A DNA stretch of 63,816 nt, counting the filler, from Sphacelaria rigidula (taxonomy: Eukaryota): assembly GCA_964200075.2 (NCBI GenBank). It is 7 parts of 7 records of this genome, joined end to end, with 100 filler letters (N's around TTAATTAATTAA, not from the genome) between each part and the next. Parts side by side here need not be neighbours in the genome. Positions count along the whole stretch, not along the records: positions 27,396 to 36,426 come from CAXNAA020009467.1; positions 36,527 to 45,557 come from CAXNAA020009468.1; positions 45,658 to 54,687 come from CAXNAA020009469.1; 4 more parts are not named here. One strand, written 5' to 3'. Below the pieces are notes generated by a model that was not told where the DNA came from, searched no databases, and worked only from the letters and a program-made list of their open reading frames with translations. This document shows positions 36,352-49,399 of this stretch, one piece after another; position 1 is the first letter of the stretch; each line of letters starts with the position of its first letter. The position numbers were made by a program, and so were the translations under genes.

Positions 36352-37993
36352 TTAAAGTGCTGATTCTTGTTTTGTGAATCTTTGTGAATCGGCATCATTT
36401 TGACTCGGAAAATGACTGAAAATGATNNNNNNNNNNNNNNNNNNNNNNNNNNNNNNNNNNNNNNNNNNNNTTAATTAATTAANNNNNNNNNNNNNNNNNN
36501 NNNNNNNNNNNNNNNNNNNNNNNNNNCCGCACCCCGCCTGCGTGTTTATTGAAACGACAGGTCGGCGTTGTGCTGATGGTTATGGTATGCGCCATCGAGG
36601 CGAAGGTTGCGAGGGTGGACAAGACTAAGAAAACGGGTGAGTGCGGTGGACGTTCGACGCACAAGCGGCAACACACGAATAGCCAAAGTCACGGATAGCC
36701 TTTGACCTCGTTCGTTCGCACAACCAGAGGACGGAAGAATGGCTGCTACAGTGGCGGTAGCGACTTTATAATCCTACATGACGCGTTGGCTTTGTCGTCG
36801 ATGAAGTGACGCCTCACCCATCGTAGCCGGCATGGCATGGAAATTCTTGCTCTTTATTGCAGACCTTTTCTTCTGCTACACTTTGACTTGAGGCGTAGCC
36901 AGAGCACGTCAACGCATACATCGGAACAAATGAAGATGGGGTGGTTCGCTTTTTCTCGACACCAACAACGAAGTAGCAGATGAAAAGGACATCGGCAAGG
37001 AGGCTTTGTGTGGAACGTTTGATCAATACCTTGTGTATGGTACACACCATTACCCACACGGTAAATAAAACCAGAGAATTGGAATGTCTGTTCTACGCAG
37101 TCATTTCCCATTTTCTATCTACTTTCTACTCATACGTGGTTTTTGCTATAGAGCAGGAGAAACATACTCAACATACATGCCGGGTGATGCCAATGTGGCC
37201 CAATACATGTGGAAGAAAGTGCTACGCCCTGCGTGAAGTAAGTGGTCGCCCGACAAATTCTACATCGCGCCACTCCGTGACACATGGTTCACGACGCCAA
37301 ATGCCTCAGTATCGCAGAAGACCCAAACATTGAGAAAATATCGTTTTTTGCGTAAAATGTGCAGCGAAGACTGATTTATCGATCTCATTTTCACTGTTTC
37401 CCCCTAAAAAAAATGAGATATTTCGTTTTATACATTTTCCTGAGAAGCAATTACGACCACTAGAGTACATCCCAAAGTCACCCCCCCTTGCGATGGTGGC
37501 GGTGCATGTATCTCGATGACTGCAAAAGGGAATAAGATCGTGCGGCTCCAATCGCTGCCGAGTGGAAATGACCTCGAACGGCGACTGCCCGGGTGGGCGG
37601 TGAAGCGGAGGAGAAACTTAGGCCGCCTACGGGATCTCCTTTGTTCGTCCTACGGGACAATGGAACCGTCGGATGCTCGTATTGTCTACAAGTACGTGAA
37701 CAAGATTTCCGCTGCTGCCGACGTGGCGAGGGTGAGCGAAGGAATGGTTCAGTCGACCCGTGTTTGTTCGACAGTATCGGCAATGGGAACGTTCATCTGT
37801 ATGCTGCTGGAAGATGGTTTCTGCTCGTATCCCGATCTCACGGTGTGGTTGTGTATTCGCCTAGGAGATCCGACCCGAGAAGGTTCTCACGGAGACGCTT
37901 CGTTTTGACCGAGTACAACACGCCCTTCATCGCTTACAATATATTGCACGTGAAAGTGATATAATCGCATTGACCAACATCGTGAGAACACAT

Positions 37994-38750
37994 NNNNNNN
38001 NNNNNNNNNNNNNNNNNNNNNNNNNNNNNNNNNNNNNNNNNNNNNNNNNNNNNNNNNNNNNNNNNNNNNNNNNNNNNNNNNNNNNNNNNNNNNNNNNNNN
38101 NNNNNNNNNNNNNNNNNNNNNNNNNNNNNNNNNNNNNNNNNNNNNNNNNNNNNNNNNNNNNNNNNNNNNNNNNNNNNNNNNNNNNNNNNNNNNNNNNNNN
38201 NNNNNNNNNNNNNNNNNNNNNNNNNNNNNNNNNNNNNNNNNNNNNNNNNNNNNNNNNNNNNNNNNNNNNNNNNNNNNNNNNNNNNNNNNNNNNNNNNNNN
38301 NNNNNNNNNNNNNNNNNNNNNNNNNNNNNNNNNNNNNNNNNNNNNNNNNNNNNNNNNNNNNNNNNNNNNNNNNNNNNNNNNNNNNNNNNNNNNNNNNNNN
38401 NNNNNNNNNNNNNNNNNNNNNNNNNNNNNNNNNNNNNNNNNNNNNNNNNNNNNNNNNNNNNNNNNNNNNNNNNNNNNNNNNNNNNNNNNNNNNNNNNNNN
38501 NNNNNNNNNNNNNNNNNNNNNNNNNNNNNNNNNNNNNNNNNNNNNNNNNNNNNNNNNNNNNNNNNNNNNNNNNNNNNNNNNNNNNNNNNNNNNNNNNNNN
38601 NNNNNNNNNNNNNNNNNNNNNNNNNNNNNNNNNNNNNNNNNNNNNNNNNNNNNNNNNNNNNNNNNNNNNNNNNNNNNNNNNNNNNNNNNNNNNNNNNNNN
38701 NNNNNNNNNNNNNNNNNNNNNNNNNNNNNNNNNNNNNNNNNNNNNNNNNN
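37994..38750. other. Within-scaffold assembly gap
   Basis: Run of N without a linker; ORFs spanning it are artefactual. Confidence 0.98.
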
Positions 38751-39565
38751 ATGAGGTCATCGTAGAACCATTCGCAAGGGAGAGCAACGTCTCCTGTGGG
38801 CCGACTGCGACAGCTCCACGAAACGTTGCACTCCAAATGGCCGGGTGCATCAAAAACGACACGATCAACGAGGTATATACCGTCAACAGTAGCGGAAACA
38901 TCAGGAGAGGCGCGATTGAGAGAAGGGTGGTTCGCACTACAGTACCGTTTTACTTGGAGAGGCGGCACAGGAATATTTTGCTTTTAATCGTGTCATTCCT
39001 GCCCGACGTTGAAGATGTTCGGATACCGCGGGCGGTGGTGACATCCCGGGAATATGGAATCCAGAGGGTGGATCGCGTCGTCCACAACAGCACCGAGTCA
39101 AGTGATGATGCCACCATCAACAACGGTGGCGGCAGCAGGGTTGAGGCGATCGACACCTACCGTCGGCCGATCATGGCAGTGCGAGGGAATGCTGAGATCC
39201 ACCGAGGGGCAGATTGTATGGCCGACAGCAGTACACCAGGTAGCCTAATCTTCGACAACAGTAACTCCACCAATAGCACCCAGTCTACCGGCGAGCCAGT
39301 AACCAGAGAGGAGGATGCTGTCTCCTGGGGCAATGGGCCGATCATCACCGACGTCGACTGCGTATCTGCCAGCTGTGGCGACGGTACTGCGATCCCTCGG
39401 GTAGAAGGCAACAATATCTCCAACGCCAGGGCTGCACGTTCACGAGCGGGAAGTATGAGTGAAAGTGACTCCTCCGCATACGTCCCAGTCGTCAGCCAAT
39501 GTGACGAGAGAGCGGCTGTGTCACAGTTGGGAAAAGAAGAAGAGACCAGGATGGTGGCAATTTCA

Positions 39566-39600
<35 letters not shown>

Positions 39601-40081
39601 GTCCGAGCGTATCGTCGAGGAGGTAGTATACAGCAACAGCTACCACGACCACAAGGAGGCGGTGACATGGGAGGGTAGCGGCAGCATCTTGCCGAGAAGA
39701 ACGGTCTCACCAGGAATTACCCGCTACCGCCAAAACGACCTGCCCACCGCTACCGATGCTAGAGCACTCATTGGGGATGATGGCAGCCGGGGCAGCAGCG
39801 TATCTCAAAACGATGATTCGGCGGCGATGTCTCGATATTCCAGTAGTACAAATGGCTCTGTTGCCGTTAGCGTCTATGGTCCTTACACGGACGAGGAGAT
39901 GGCGTGTGGTGTTGAAGATTGGGCACTCCCGTTCAGGCGGCATGGAAGAGGAGGGGGAGCGAATGCAAGTGATGAGACCAGCGTTGGTGCCTTCTGCCGT
40001 GAAGCTGATGACGTTGGCGATGTCGGTGGCGTTGAGAACACGAGGCAAGACGAAGACAGCCCGGTCGCGAATACTATGTGA
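38751..40081 (+). CDS. Long low-complexity (S/D/E/T-rich) open frame, function unknown, possibly a transposon ORF N-terminus
   Basis: About 440 uninterrupted codons; (ACG)n at 39566-39598; no recognisable domain. Confidence 0.5.
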
Positions 40082-40502
40082 GGACAAAACGATGGCTGCT
40101 GATTGGATGGAAGATCATCGTAGATACCACCATTTCATTGAACCCGTGATAACGTTATCGGCTGCAAACACTGTTCGTGTGTAGAGCGTGCTCGGGTGTG
40201 CAGGCAGCAATCCCATGTGTTCGTGGCAGTCAAAAGGCCGGTATCTATTCATCATCTGTTGTCGAATCTTTTTCTCGCTGTTGTTGTCGGTGTTTGATCC
40301 TCCGTCCTGCTGAAACACTTGTCGGGGCTTTACCTAGGCCTATGTCGCACGTGTTGTGAGATACCTTGTGTGGAGTCACGAGACGCCCGCCTGCTACCGT
40401 AGTCACGACGTCGGTAGGTACCTTTGGTACCGTATACTGTAGCCCCCCCCCCCTGAAAACAAGTGGTTGGTTTCGGGAGGCGAAATATACATGTGAATCG
40501 AA

Positions 40503-40818
40503 ATGAAAAAAGCCGAGCACAACGAGCAGCTGGGAATTCCCACGCCTGGGTTCGTTTTCGCCAATGACGCCCATATGAGGCGCTTCATGCATCCTGACAC
40601 CGAACATCAGGCGCTGTATGACTTTTTTTGCCGTGACAATTTGGAGGTGTCTGTTTTTTTGGGCGGGGGGGGGGGGGGGCTATCGTAGACAGACTCTTCT
40701 ATAGCTGGTTTAAGACAGCGATCTGGGGGATGACCACGGCCCGTCGTTTGCTGGATACTTTCGCCGCTCGTAAGTATCTCAATCGTCACATCCGAGTCAA
40801 GAGCACATGGAAGATGTG
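40503..40818 (+). pseudogene. Possible decayed DDE transposase fragment (Sola-like), interrupted by the element at 40819
   Basis: FMHPDTEHQALYDFFCRD, then after a G-run frameshift YSWFKTAIWG...LNRHIRVKSTWKMC|D. This resembles the LY..Y / S...F..IW / I.I....C region recalled from Sola-like transposases; not searched. Confidence 0.3.
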
Positions 40819-42494
40819 CACACCCTGGACAATACGATGTGTTTCCAATATATATTAGTCGATCATATTGGAATTTTGCGATATATTGCTGGCGTAATAT
40901 ATATTGGTACCCTTGGACTGCAAACGTATTGCGCGCTCAATATAGATTGATGTCGTGGGACTGCATACATATTGCCCGCCCAATATATACTGGTACTGTG
41001 GGGTTGAACACATATTGCCCCATCAACATATATTGGGGCAGTGGGGGCGACAGCATATTGCACGACCAATATATATTAAAGTCGCATTGGTGAGAACATA
41101 TTACCCAGTCAATATATATTGGGTCTGCGTGGGTGCCGATGTATTGGCCGGTCAATATATATATATTATATATATATTGGATATCATAAGTATGGTGTAC
41201 GCTCTGAGGAAGATCCAGACGCGATGGATGCCGGAGCCCGTGCAGATTGGAAAAAGCTTCAAAGGGAGCCGTAGAAGTTCGTGTGCATTACTACGGAGAG
41301 TAGTCGAAAGCGTTTGACATATATATATATATACAGTATCTACATACTAGTTAGAAAATATGGTGACAGAAGAGGCGACCTGGTATATATGTCTCCTGAT
41401 ACCTATCCGGCCACCGGTGCGGGACCGCCCATCACCATCCCAGCATGTAATTAATATATCTTGGTTAAATATCACGATGACAGAAAACGCGGGTCGATAT
41501 GCGCCTTTTGGTATCCCTGTGGTCACCGGGGCTGTGTTGCTTATACCCTGACAATACAACATGTTCCAATATGATACCAATACTTTGTATCGGAGCCAGC
41601 TCAAATATTGTCCTTTCAATATATTTTGTGTTGAAATGTCCTCGGAGACATTGGAGCAACAACATATATTGCTCGTGTCATGCTCATGAAGTAATGTATG
41701 ACAATATATGTTGGACATACCTTTGCTCCGGGAATAAAACATTCGATATATATTGTGCATGCCAGCCGTGTATGTATTGAAGTGTCAATATATATTGGGT
41801 CGAAGCGATGCGTAGCATATTGTTACCATAATATATATTGAACACAAACCATGCAAAAAGCATCGTATTTCCAATATATATATTGCGCACGCTCATCGCA
41901 TAGCCGTCGTGCAGCCAATATATTATGTTGAACACGCTCGCGGAGGAATATATTAAGCGTTTTCGACATGTGGTGATATATACGTCAATGGCGCCCGCGG
42001 ACATAGAGTTGCCCACCATACTAATTCCAATACACTTTGCAATCTACATGTTGAAAATCAAAATATATTGCCACACCAATATGTATTGTGACCGTCCGTT
42101 CCCTCGTGTATTGTCCGCCAAATATATATTGGATGCATTGACGCACGACATATTGGGGCGGCAATATATACTGGCGCTTCGGGTGTTGAGTATATTGAAT
42201 CATCAACATATGTATTGACCTCGTGTGGCAGCCAATATATTACTCGACAAATATATGTTGGTGCCTTCTCGCACCAACATATTACTCGGCCAACATATAG
42301 TGAGGTGGCGCGTGTCGTGATATATTGTGCCGTCAATATATATTGCATGTCGCGAGCCTTGACATATTGCTCGCCCAATATATATTGACCCCCTCTCCTG
42401 CCATCATATTGCTTGCCAAATATGTATTGACCACCCGAAGCGTCGACATATTGAGCGGGCAATACATATTACATATTATACTGTCCAGGGTGTG
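40819..42494. mobile_element. Non-autonomous TIR element (1676 bp) with perfect 8-bp TSD and internal ~43-bp motif-spacer array
   Basis: AAGATGTG|CACACCCTGGACA...TGTCCAGGGTGTG|AAGATGTG; the body repeats CATATTG-N6-CAATATATATTG-N17/18. Confidence 0.92.
41180..41333 (+). mobile_element. Short nested insertion ending in (TA)n, probable 5'-truncated LINE end
   Basis: Non-array sequence with a stop codon just before an (AT)n tail, inserted in an AT motif of the array. Confidence 0.4.
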
Positions 42495-42674
42495 AAGATG
42501 TGTGACGGAATTTCCCAAGTTTCTCCACGTACTGAAGGATCCAGTGTCCTCTCGGTTTCATCAGTTTTCCTCTTATTGCGTCCTCCGGCTGGCCTAGCGC
42601 TGTTGTACTTATGCTCTGTGGTATTTGTAAAAAGTGCTTAACGTTGTCGCCCGCAACTGTTCCGCATTGTTCGC

Positions 42675-43511
42675 GTGTCGTTGTCGGCTCCCACGCGCTC
42701 CCCTCCACTCAGCCCCAACCTCAGGCTTTCGCTCGCCACGCTGTCCGTCAGCCACGCTGGTCGACCGGCGCCAGGGGTCTCATCAGCGTTGGCAACGTTT
42801 ACTGCCAGGACGACGGCTGAGTACGAGGCACTGGCAAACATTTCCGATGCAGGCAGCGCACATCAGCCCGTGCTCATAAACAACGAACCCGAGATGCCGG
42901 CAACGGAGGCAGCAGCGGTCGAGTGCAATGCATTGGCCAACATTTCCGATGCGGGCAGCGTTCACCAGCCGATAGCGCCCAACAACACTGACTGTAACAG
43001 GTGTTTCGACGTGAATGACCACGACGACGAAATCGAGCTGTTCCACTCCATGCAGTCGTCGCGGGAGGGCTCGGTTGCCGGTGGTGACAGGCTCTCGGCT
43101 TCGTCGTATTCAAACACGGCGGGAGTCGGCAGCGGCGCCCCCCCCTATCAAGTGGGTTCATGTCGCAGCGGTCGCGGGGGAGGCATCGACCGCCAGCCCC
43201 GTCTAAGTTGGGGAAGCTCGGTGTCTAATGACAGGCGCTCTGGATTTGGAGGGTTTAACCTGATCGATGACGATGAGATGAGCGATACCGAGGATGACAC
43301 CGCCGACAGCGGTGGAGGCCGGGGGGAGGGGTACATGCCAGGGTTGCTGGAGTTTCGGCGGCAACTACAACGTGAACGGGAGTTGGAGGAACAGGGGGAG
43401 GAAGCTAAAGAGGACAAGGGTGATGGATGTGAGATGTTCATTTCGTGGTTTTTGTTTCACGAGGCAGAGTCAGGAATTGATGTGTCCAACTTTACCGTTC
43501 GTTTTTGTTGA
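42675..43511 (+). CDS. Low-complexity open frame of unknown function
   Basis: 278 codons; internal repeat ALANISDAGS.HQP occurs twice; acidic and G/S-rich. Confidence 0.4.
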   Translation: MSLSAPTRSPPLSPNLRLSLATLSVSHAGRPAPGVSSALATFTARTTAEYEALANISDAGSAHQPVLINNEPEMPATEAAAVECNALANISDAGSVHQPIAPNNTDCNRCFDVNDHDDEIELFHSMQSSREGSVAGGDRLSASSYSNTAGVGSGAPPYQVGSCRSGRGGGIDRQPRLSWGSSVSNDRRSGFGGFNLIDDDEMSDTEDDTADSGGGRGEGYMPGLLEFRRQLQRERELEEQGEEAKEDKGDGCEMFISWFLFHEAESGIDVSNFTVRFC

Positions 43512-43585
43512 AGACTAGTTCCAGGATGCTAGTGAATTGGAGGTTGAGCTTGAGTTCGTAGATTCGTGATAAACTTTCCGCGTGT

Positions 43586-43586
<1 letters not shown>

Positions 43587-43618
<32 letters not shown>

Positions 43619-43631
43619 CTGTTGTCGTTGC
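43587..43631. repeat. (GTTGTC)n microsatellite
   Basis: Seen directly. Confidence 0.9.
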
Positions 43632-46600
43632 CGGTACTTGGGGAGGAAACAATACATTGCCCTCTGACGGTGAATGAACAGAAGTTATCGGTGATCTGCA
43701 AGTACGGTCCACCCACTTCTTCAGCACATGGGAATTATCATTTCGCTCATACTAGCTTGTATCTGCGCCACAGCTTTATCTTCACTCCCCACTTTGTTTC
43801 ATGTTTTGTCGTTAAAGAGTTTTATTTGCTCTCAATTTGGTCGTACATTTGCTCTACTCTCTGCTCTGCACGTTGTACCCTCTCCGCTTGTCCCTGCTGG
43901 GTTACTCGATGTTCAAACGTTTCGCTTTCTCCTCCTCTTTCCAAGTGCACTGTGGAATTGGAGGAGAAAGATGGCAGAAAAACGCTATAGCTTCCGGTTG
44001 AAACAACAAAAGTAGGTCCATTGACGTCATTAACAATGTTTTCGTGAGACTGAAAGTCTAGCGTCGATTAAGAGTAGGTTCTACGATTAGTTCAAATTTC
44101 ACCAATTTCTAGGGTTGGGTACTGAACCAGTACGTACTGCCAGTTCTTAGGAACTGCATTTCCTGAGAACTGGCAAACGGGCAGCCAGTACCGCCAGCAC
44201 ATACAAAACTTACGTACGTCCCACAATACGCCTGAAAAAGCAGCGGAAAGCCATCCAAATTACGCCGCCACGTCGCCTCAAAGGAGAGGACACACACCAC
44301 ACAAAGCACACGCACGCAGCACATAGCAGGAGGCCACTAGAACAATGCAAAAAAAATTACATCTCGCAGTCCGCCGGCAGCAGACCTCGGCGGTGGCGGA
44401 ACCGCGGGGCCTGCGGCGTCAGCAGCTGCACCCGCTGCGTCAGCAGATGCGGTGTTAATACACGTTCAGGGCTGCTGTGTCTTCCGTTTTTTTTGTGTGT
44501 GGGAGGCTGTCCTATGATCAATAATGAAGGATGCTCACGCCTTTTGCCGTCAAGAGCTACTCACTATAGATCTGTTCTCCAATTTATTTTCGGAAGTCCG
44601 AAGTACTCTGCATATGTTTAGACTCAAGACACACCATACACTCCAATTGCAACAAGTCATGTGTAAGCCTCACCACGATGCTGGAGTTGATGAGCACCGC
44701 AACATTTGTAATCGGATCCAGTATACTGGTTGAACCAGTCCCCAACCCTACCAATTTCTCATCTTGTGTGTTTTTGTCTTTGACCGTAGCACTGTCGTGT
44801 ACGTATGGCTACACGTCGATATCCTACTCAAGGATATCAAAGGCCTCAGAGGCAAGGCGACGTTATACAGAAAGCGTATAAGGCCAGAAGCAGCATCTTG
44901 AAACTGCAACTCTTTCATTCAGTAATTGACCGCTCCTCACTCTCAGTCGGACCCTGAACTGTCAATCTCATGAAAGCATTGATTCTTGTCCCTTCCACCC
45001 ACTCGTCGCTGCCCCCCGCCCTCCCATGCTCTTCCTCGAAACAACACGACCGCCTGCTGCACCACAAGACGCTGCAGCGAGGTCGCCACTACGCTCTCCA
45101 ACGTTCAACAGACGTTCTCGAAGTCCGCGATCTCCTGCATCTTGCGAGATGCGGGTAAGCACTCGCTCTGGCAGCCTCAGCAGGCGCCGCAGCTCGGGCG
45201 GTGGTGGCGGTAGCGACAGAGCGACAGCAGCTGCCCGCAGCAGCGGGAGGGACAGCCCGTCTCCCTCCCCGCGACCCCGCCTATCGTCTGCTGCACATGC
45301 ACCAGAAATTCAGCAGGTGCAGCACCGCTCGTTGTTATTTCCGATCCCGTCTTGGTCGTCGACTAGCCACCCCATGGATCTGAGCAGCAGCCCCGCCAAT
45401 GTTCCCAATGCAGCAGCAGCAGCGGACCAGGCGCAGCGGCACTCATCGTCTTCGCCCCTGCCGTCTGGACTGTCCACTGGCCGCTACACGGGTCTCGGAA
45501 ATGATAACACGTTTGGAGTACCTGGAGGTCAGCCGCGTACTTATGTAATTTTGGATANNNNNNNNNNNNNNNNNNNNNNNNNNNNNNNNNNNNNNNNNNN
45601 NTTAATTAATTAANNNNNNNNNNNNNNNNNNNNNNNNNNNNNNNNNNNNNNNNNNNNGGGGAAATCACTGTTTTAGGCTCGAACCTCATCTCGAAGTTAA
45701 ACCTCAATTCGCACAATTTGTTGTTTGTGGATACGAAAATTTTAATCCTCCGGGTTTTCATCCTCGATGAAAAGCTCCGTCCTTGATTTCGATGATTGGC
45801 TTTCACTTCGAGAACCCGCTGTTTGAAGATGGTGCTGCGACGAGAGCATAGCATATCGCTTCGTTCTCGAACGATCCCAGCGATCCCTGTTAAGTGGCGA
45901 TCGCTTGAACTTGTTGCCGTGTACCCCCCTCCCGTCTCCCATCGTCGGTGTTCGCATTCTGCAACAACAAACCCGACTGATCTTGTGCTGTTCGAGCTGC
46001 TCGTGTGTCCGGCGATGTAGTCGCGGGTGCTGCTGATGATGTCGACAACGGCAAAGATGTCGACGAAGAGACTGACGGGGAGGCGGACGAAGAGGACACA
46101 CACTGGCGACGAGGATGGCGGTGATGGCGACGCGTTTGAGTAGGCAAAGTCTGAACTTACCGATGGGTATATTCAGCCGCATTTGCCTTTCGAGTCATTT
46201 GTGGAATACCCCCTCCCCGACAATGGAACAGTGACATCTTCGTCGTCGCCGCCGTCCTGCCCTCGTAGATATGAACTCTCTTCTTCATGCTCTCCCAGCT
46301 CCGTCCCTTCTGGTTCTTCGTCAGCCGCAGGAGGCGACGTTAGAATCACGTACTCCGACAGCGGCAGTGCCGTCAAAGTCACGCCTCGCGTTTCTTGGAC
46401 CTGATCTCCGCGGGTACGGACGCGCGTGCAGTCCTTCGCGTTGTCGATAGACGGCCCTAAGAAGAAAAAGCTTTCTGCCTTCGGCATAGATTTTGCGCGT
46501 CCTCAGCTATCTGCAGTGAGCCGGTTCTAAGAATGGAAATTGGGCAGGGACGGCCTTCCCATGCCACATTTCGTGCGATAGCATAGTAGAGCTCTATTTG

Positions 46601-49399
46601 GTGGGACATCAACACTCGAATAAAACTCGCGCAAACGTTTTATTAGGGATTCGCGATATTGCGGAGACCACGTCACAGGGTACGATTTAAAAATACTTGT
46701 TCCCAAAGCACTTTCCCCAATCAGCCGGACCTTACGCCAGTGAGAAATCTAGACGAGCGGAACCCTGGGGACGGGGGGGTAAGGGGGGATCGAAAAGTGA
46801 TGACATATGTCGCTCCACCCTCGACTCAATGCACGGCGTTAGTCCAGGGAGTAGGTGTGAGCTGGGAATGCCACGATCACTTCGCAACGCCTCAGCCACA
46901 ACCTACTCGATACCGGTACATCCGTGAGCAACAGGACTTTGTTTATGCGTAGGCCGGAAGCTTCCTTCGATGTCCACACCCCGATCGGCAGCGAGGAAAA
47001 ACTATTGTGTCGGTCCACTCTGCTTCGGTATCAGCGCTATCGTCAAAATCCTTCCACCATTTCCCTGTCCGGCTTACTTGCGTTTGGTATAGTAGCCCTG
47101 GCAAAACTTGCCGAAAGCGATGTCCAACACAGATGAACATACTGACGGCGCGAGGTACACGAGCACCTCCGCACAAGCATAGTGCGTTGCACTGCAAGAC
47201 GATCGATTTAAGGTTTCTCGGCTTGAAAGAAAGTGCATGCGTCCTGAAAAAGATCACATTGTCTTCCAATATCCAGTTGGGCGCCTCGGCTCGGTTCGCT
47301 AGTATGTAGAGGAACGCACGGGTAACAAAAGTTTCTGTCTCGGCGTCAAGAATGAGGGGAAAGCTTCCTCACCTTGATATGCAACCATCGACAGGCATCG
47401 GGCAGAAAGAGAAAGGGGTACAGGTAAGGGCTGATGAAAGGAACACGAGCACAAGATCGCAGTAATGAGAGTTGTCAGATTTTCCCGAAGGATTTTCACC
47501 CGAATCATCGCAGAGATCGCACCCAGCACATGAAGCTTGGAAATCAGCGTATTGCACTGTCAGTGAAACCTACTCGGATCAGAGGGATCGCCGCAGCATC
47601 CATTAATCAGCTCCAAGCTCCAGTATTGCGCATCACACTGATACCGGGGACAAACGAATATATGCATGTGTTACGTCGCGCCCTAGATGAATGCGGTCGG
47701 CAAAACACGCCCGCAATATCACTCACCTTAATTCACCTCCAAAATACGTATGAATACAGGTCTGGCTGTACCTTTCAACTCTTTATCGGAACAGGAGTAA
47801 AACTGCATGCAATGTACTGTGTCAGTGGCGAGCTAGGATGATCACACTCGAACCTTCGATCCCCATATATATCCTGAGTTGACGAGCTTACTTTCTTGTT
47901 CCCACTATTAACGGCACGCTACAGTAGAATACTAACGTGTTACTTCAACATTTCGGGGGAGGCGCCAAAGGGATCTCGAAAAGCGGGAGACGTGCACGCG
48001 ATTAGCAACCCCACTCCCTTCAATGTCGGGCATACCAAGCCGTGCAAAATACTTCCTCTGTTCGCAAATATAGGCTCTCTCAGAGAAAAAGAGGCATAAC
48101 TTTGGCCCAAATGCGATTTTTTTGCTGCTTTTTTTTGTTTTTGTTTTCGGGACGACCTGAAGAACACCCCAAAACCGAGATCTTTGGCCAGTCCACAGTA
48201 CAACACCACCTATACCCTCGGTGACCACAGAGTCCCTGGCCGAAGAGAGGGAAAACCACCGGTTGGAGGCCTTCCCCCTAAAAAAAATTCAATCGCCTTA
48301 TTCGGCGGAATTCGTGCCGATTCGGCGGAGCTCGTATAATCACTTTTTTGTGGTCCGACCAAACAACAGCACACGAGCAACGCCGGCAACGAGCTCATTC
48401 TGGGGGGTGTTATCTTCCGTGGGGGTGTTTTTTTTCGGGGGCAATATCACGTCATCCCCTGCTCTCTTTGTTTTTTGCACATGGTACAAATGATGTGCGG
48501 AACACATACCGGTGGTGGCCTGATCAAGAACCGCGTTATTCGCATACTTCCTGAAGCGAGCTTATATTCCCGATATTTCCGAAAGCCTATATTTCCGAAC
48601 AGAGGAAGTATGAAAAATTGACGTTCCTAGAAGAGACAGAAGCCAGAATCATTTGCAGGCTCACGTGCGAACGGAAAATCTGATTGGAATGATCAACGAA
48701 TCTCTCCTCACGCGCGATTGGTGTCCGAAAAACGTGACCAAGCCCGAAAGCACAGAGTCGGATAGGCCAGGTAGATTCAAAACGTACGACAAGGCCGATG
48801 CGATTAAGGTATCGTAGCGTGCCTCATCATTTGATCCCGCAACATTGTGGGCAGGCTCGGAGCACGCTTCTTTCTTATCACCGCTGCGGAAAGTGAGGGG
48901 TATTCAACGGTGATCCCCGGGGGCGTTCGTGGGCCGGAGCAGAGCACCGCAGCTACAACTGTGTGCGATCCTCGAGCCAGAGTCACTGCTGGGCATGATC
49001 TAAGCAGCTTTTCTTCATCTTCGGAGGTGCTATGCCGAAGTGCCTTCAGGCCTCGCAGCGAAAGCAGCAGCAAACTGAGCCGCACGCATCGCAGGTACAC
49101 ATAGCCTCCAACAAAGCCTATACACACTAGTGCAAGGCGATAGAGCTCGGTGTTTGGGTGACCAGCATTTCACTCGTTCGAAAGATATCAGTGTATGCTA
49201 ATACAGCGCGTGTGCATTGTAGAAGAACTACGCTCTATGTTGCCTCTTCGGTACATCCCTTGCGCGGTTTCCAAATCTTGAAAAAAAACGTGCATAATGT
49301 AGGGTAGGGTACAGCATTGGATTTGGATGGCGGGGATCAGCTGCGCGTACGCTCGGAACAACTCAGTCATCATATTTGCGAATGTGGCCATACTGACCG

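Noticed and set aside
37927-40081. 336-703-aa ORFs spanning N
   Set aside because: The frames are read through an assembly gap; only 38751-40081 is evaluable.
40819-42494. Calling the array a CRISPR
   Set aside because: The context is eukaryotic, there are no cas genes or leader, the repeats are degenerate, and it is bounded by TIRs and a TSD.
45026-46487. A gene spanning the SR-rich ORF (45026) and the acidic ORF (46173-46487)
   Set aside because: They lie on different scaffolds and strands, and each is low-complexity and unassignable.
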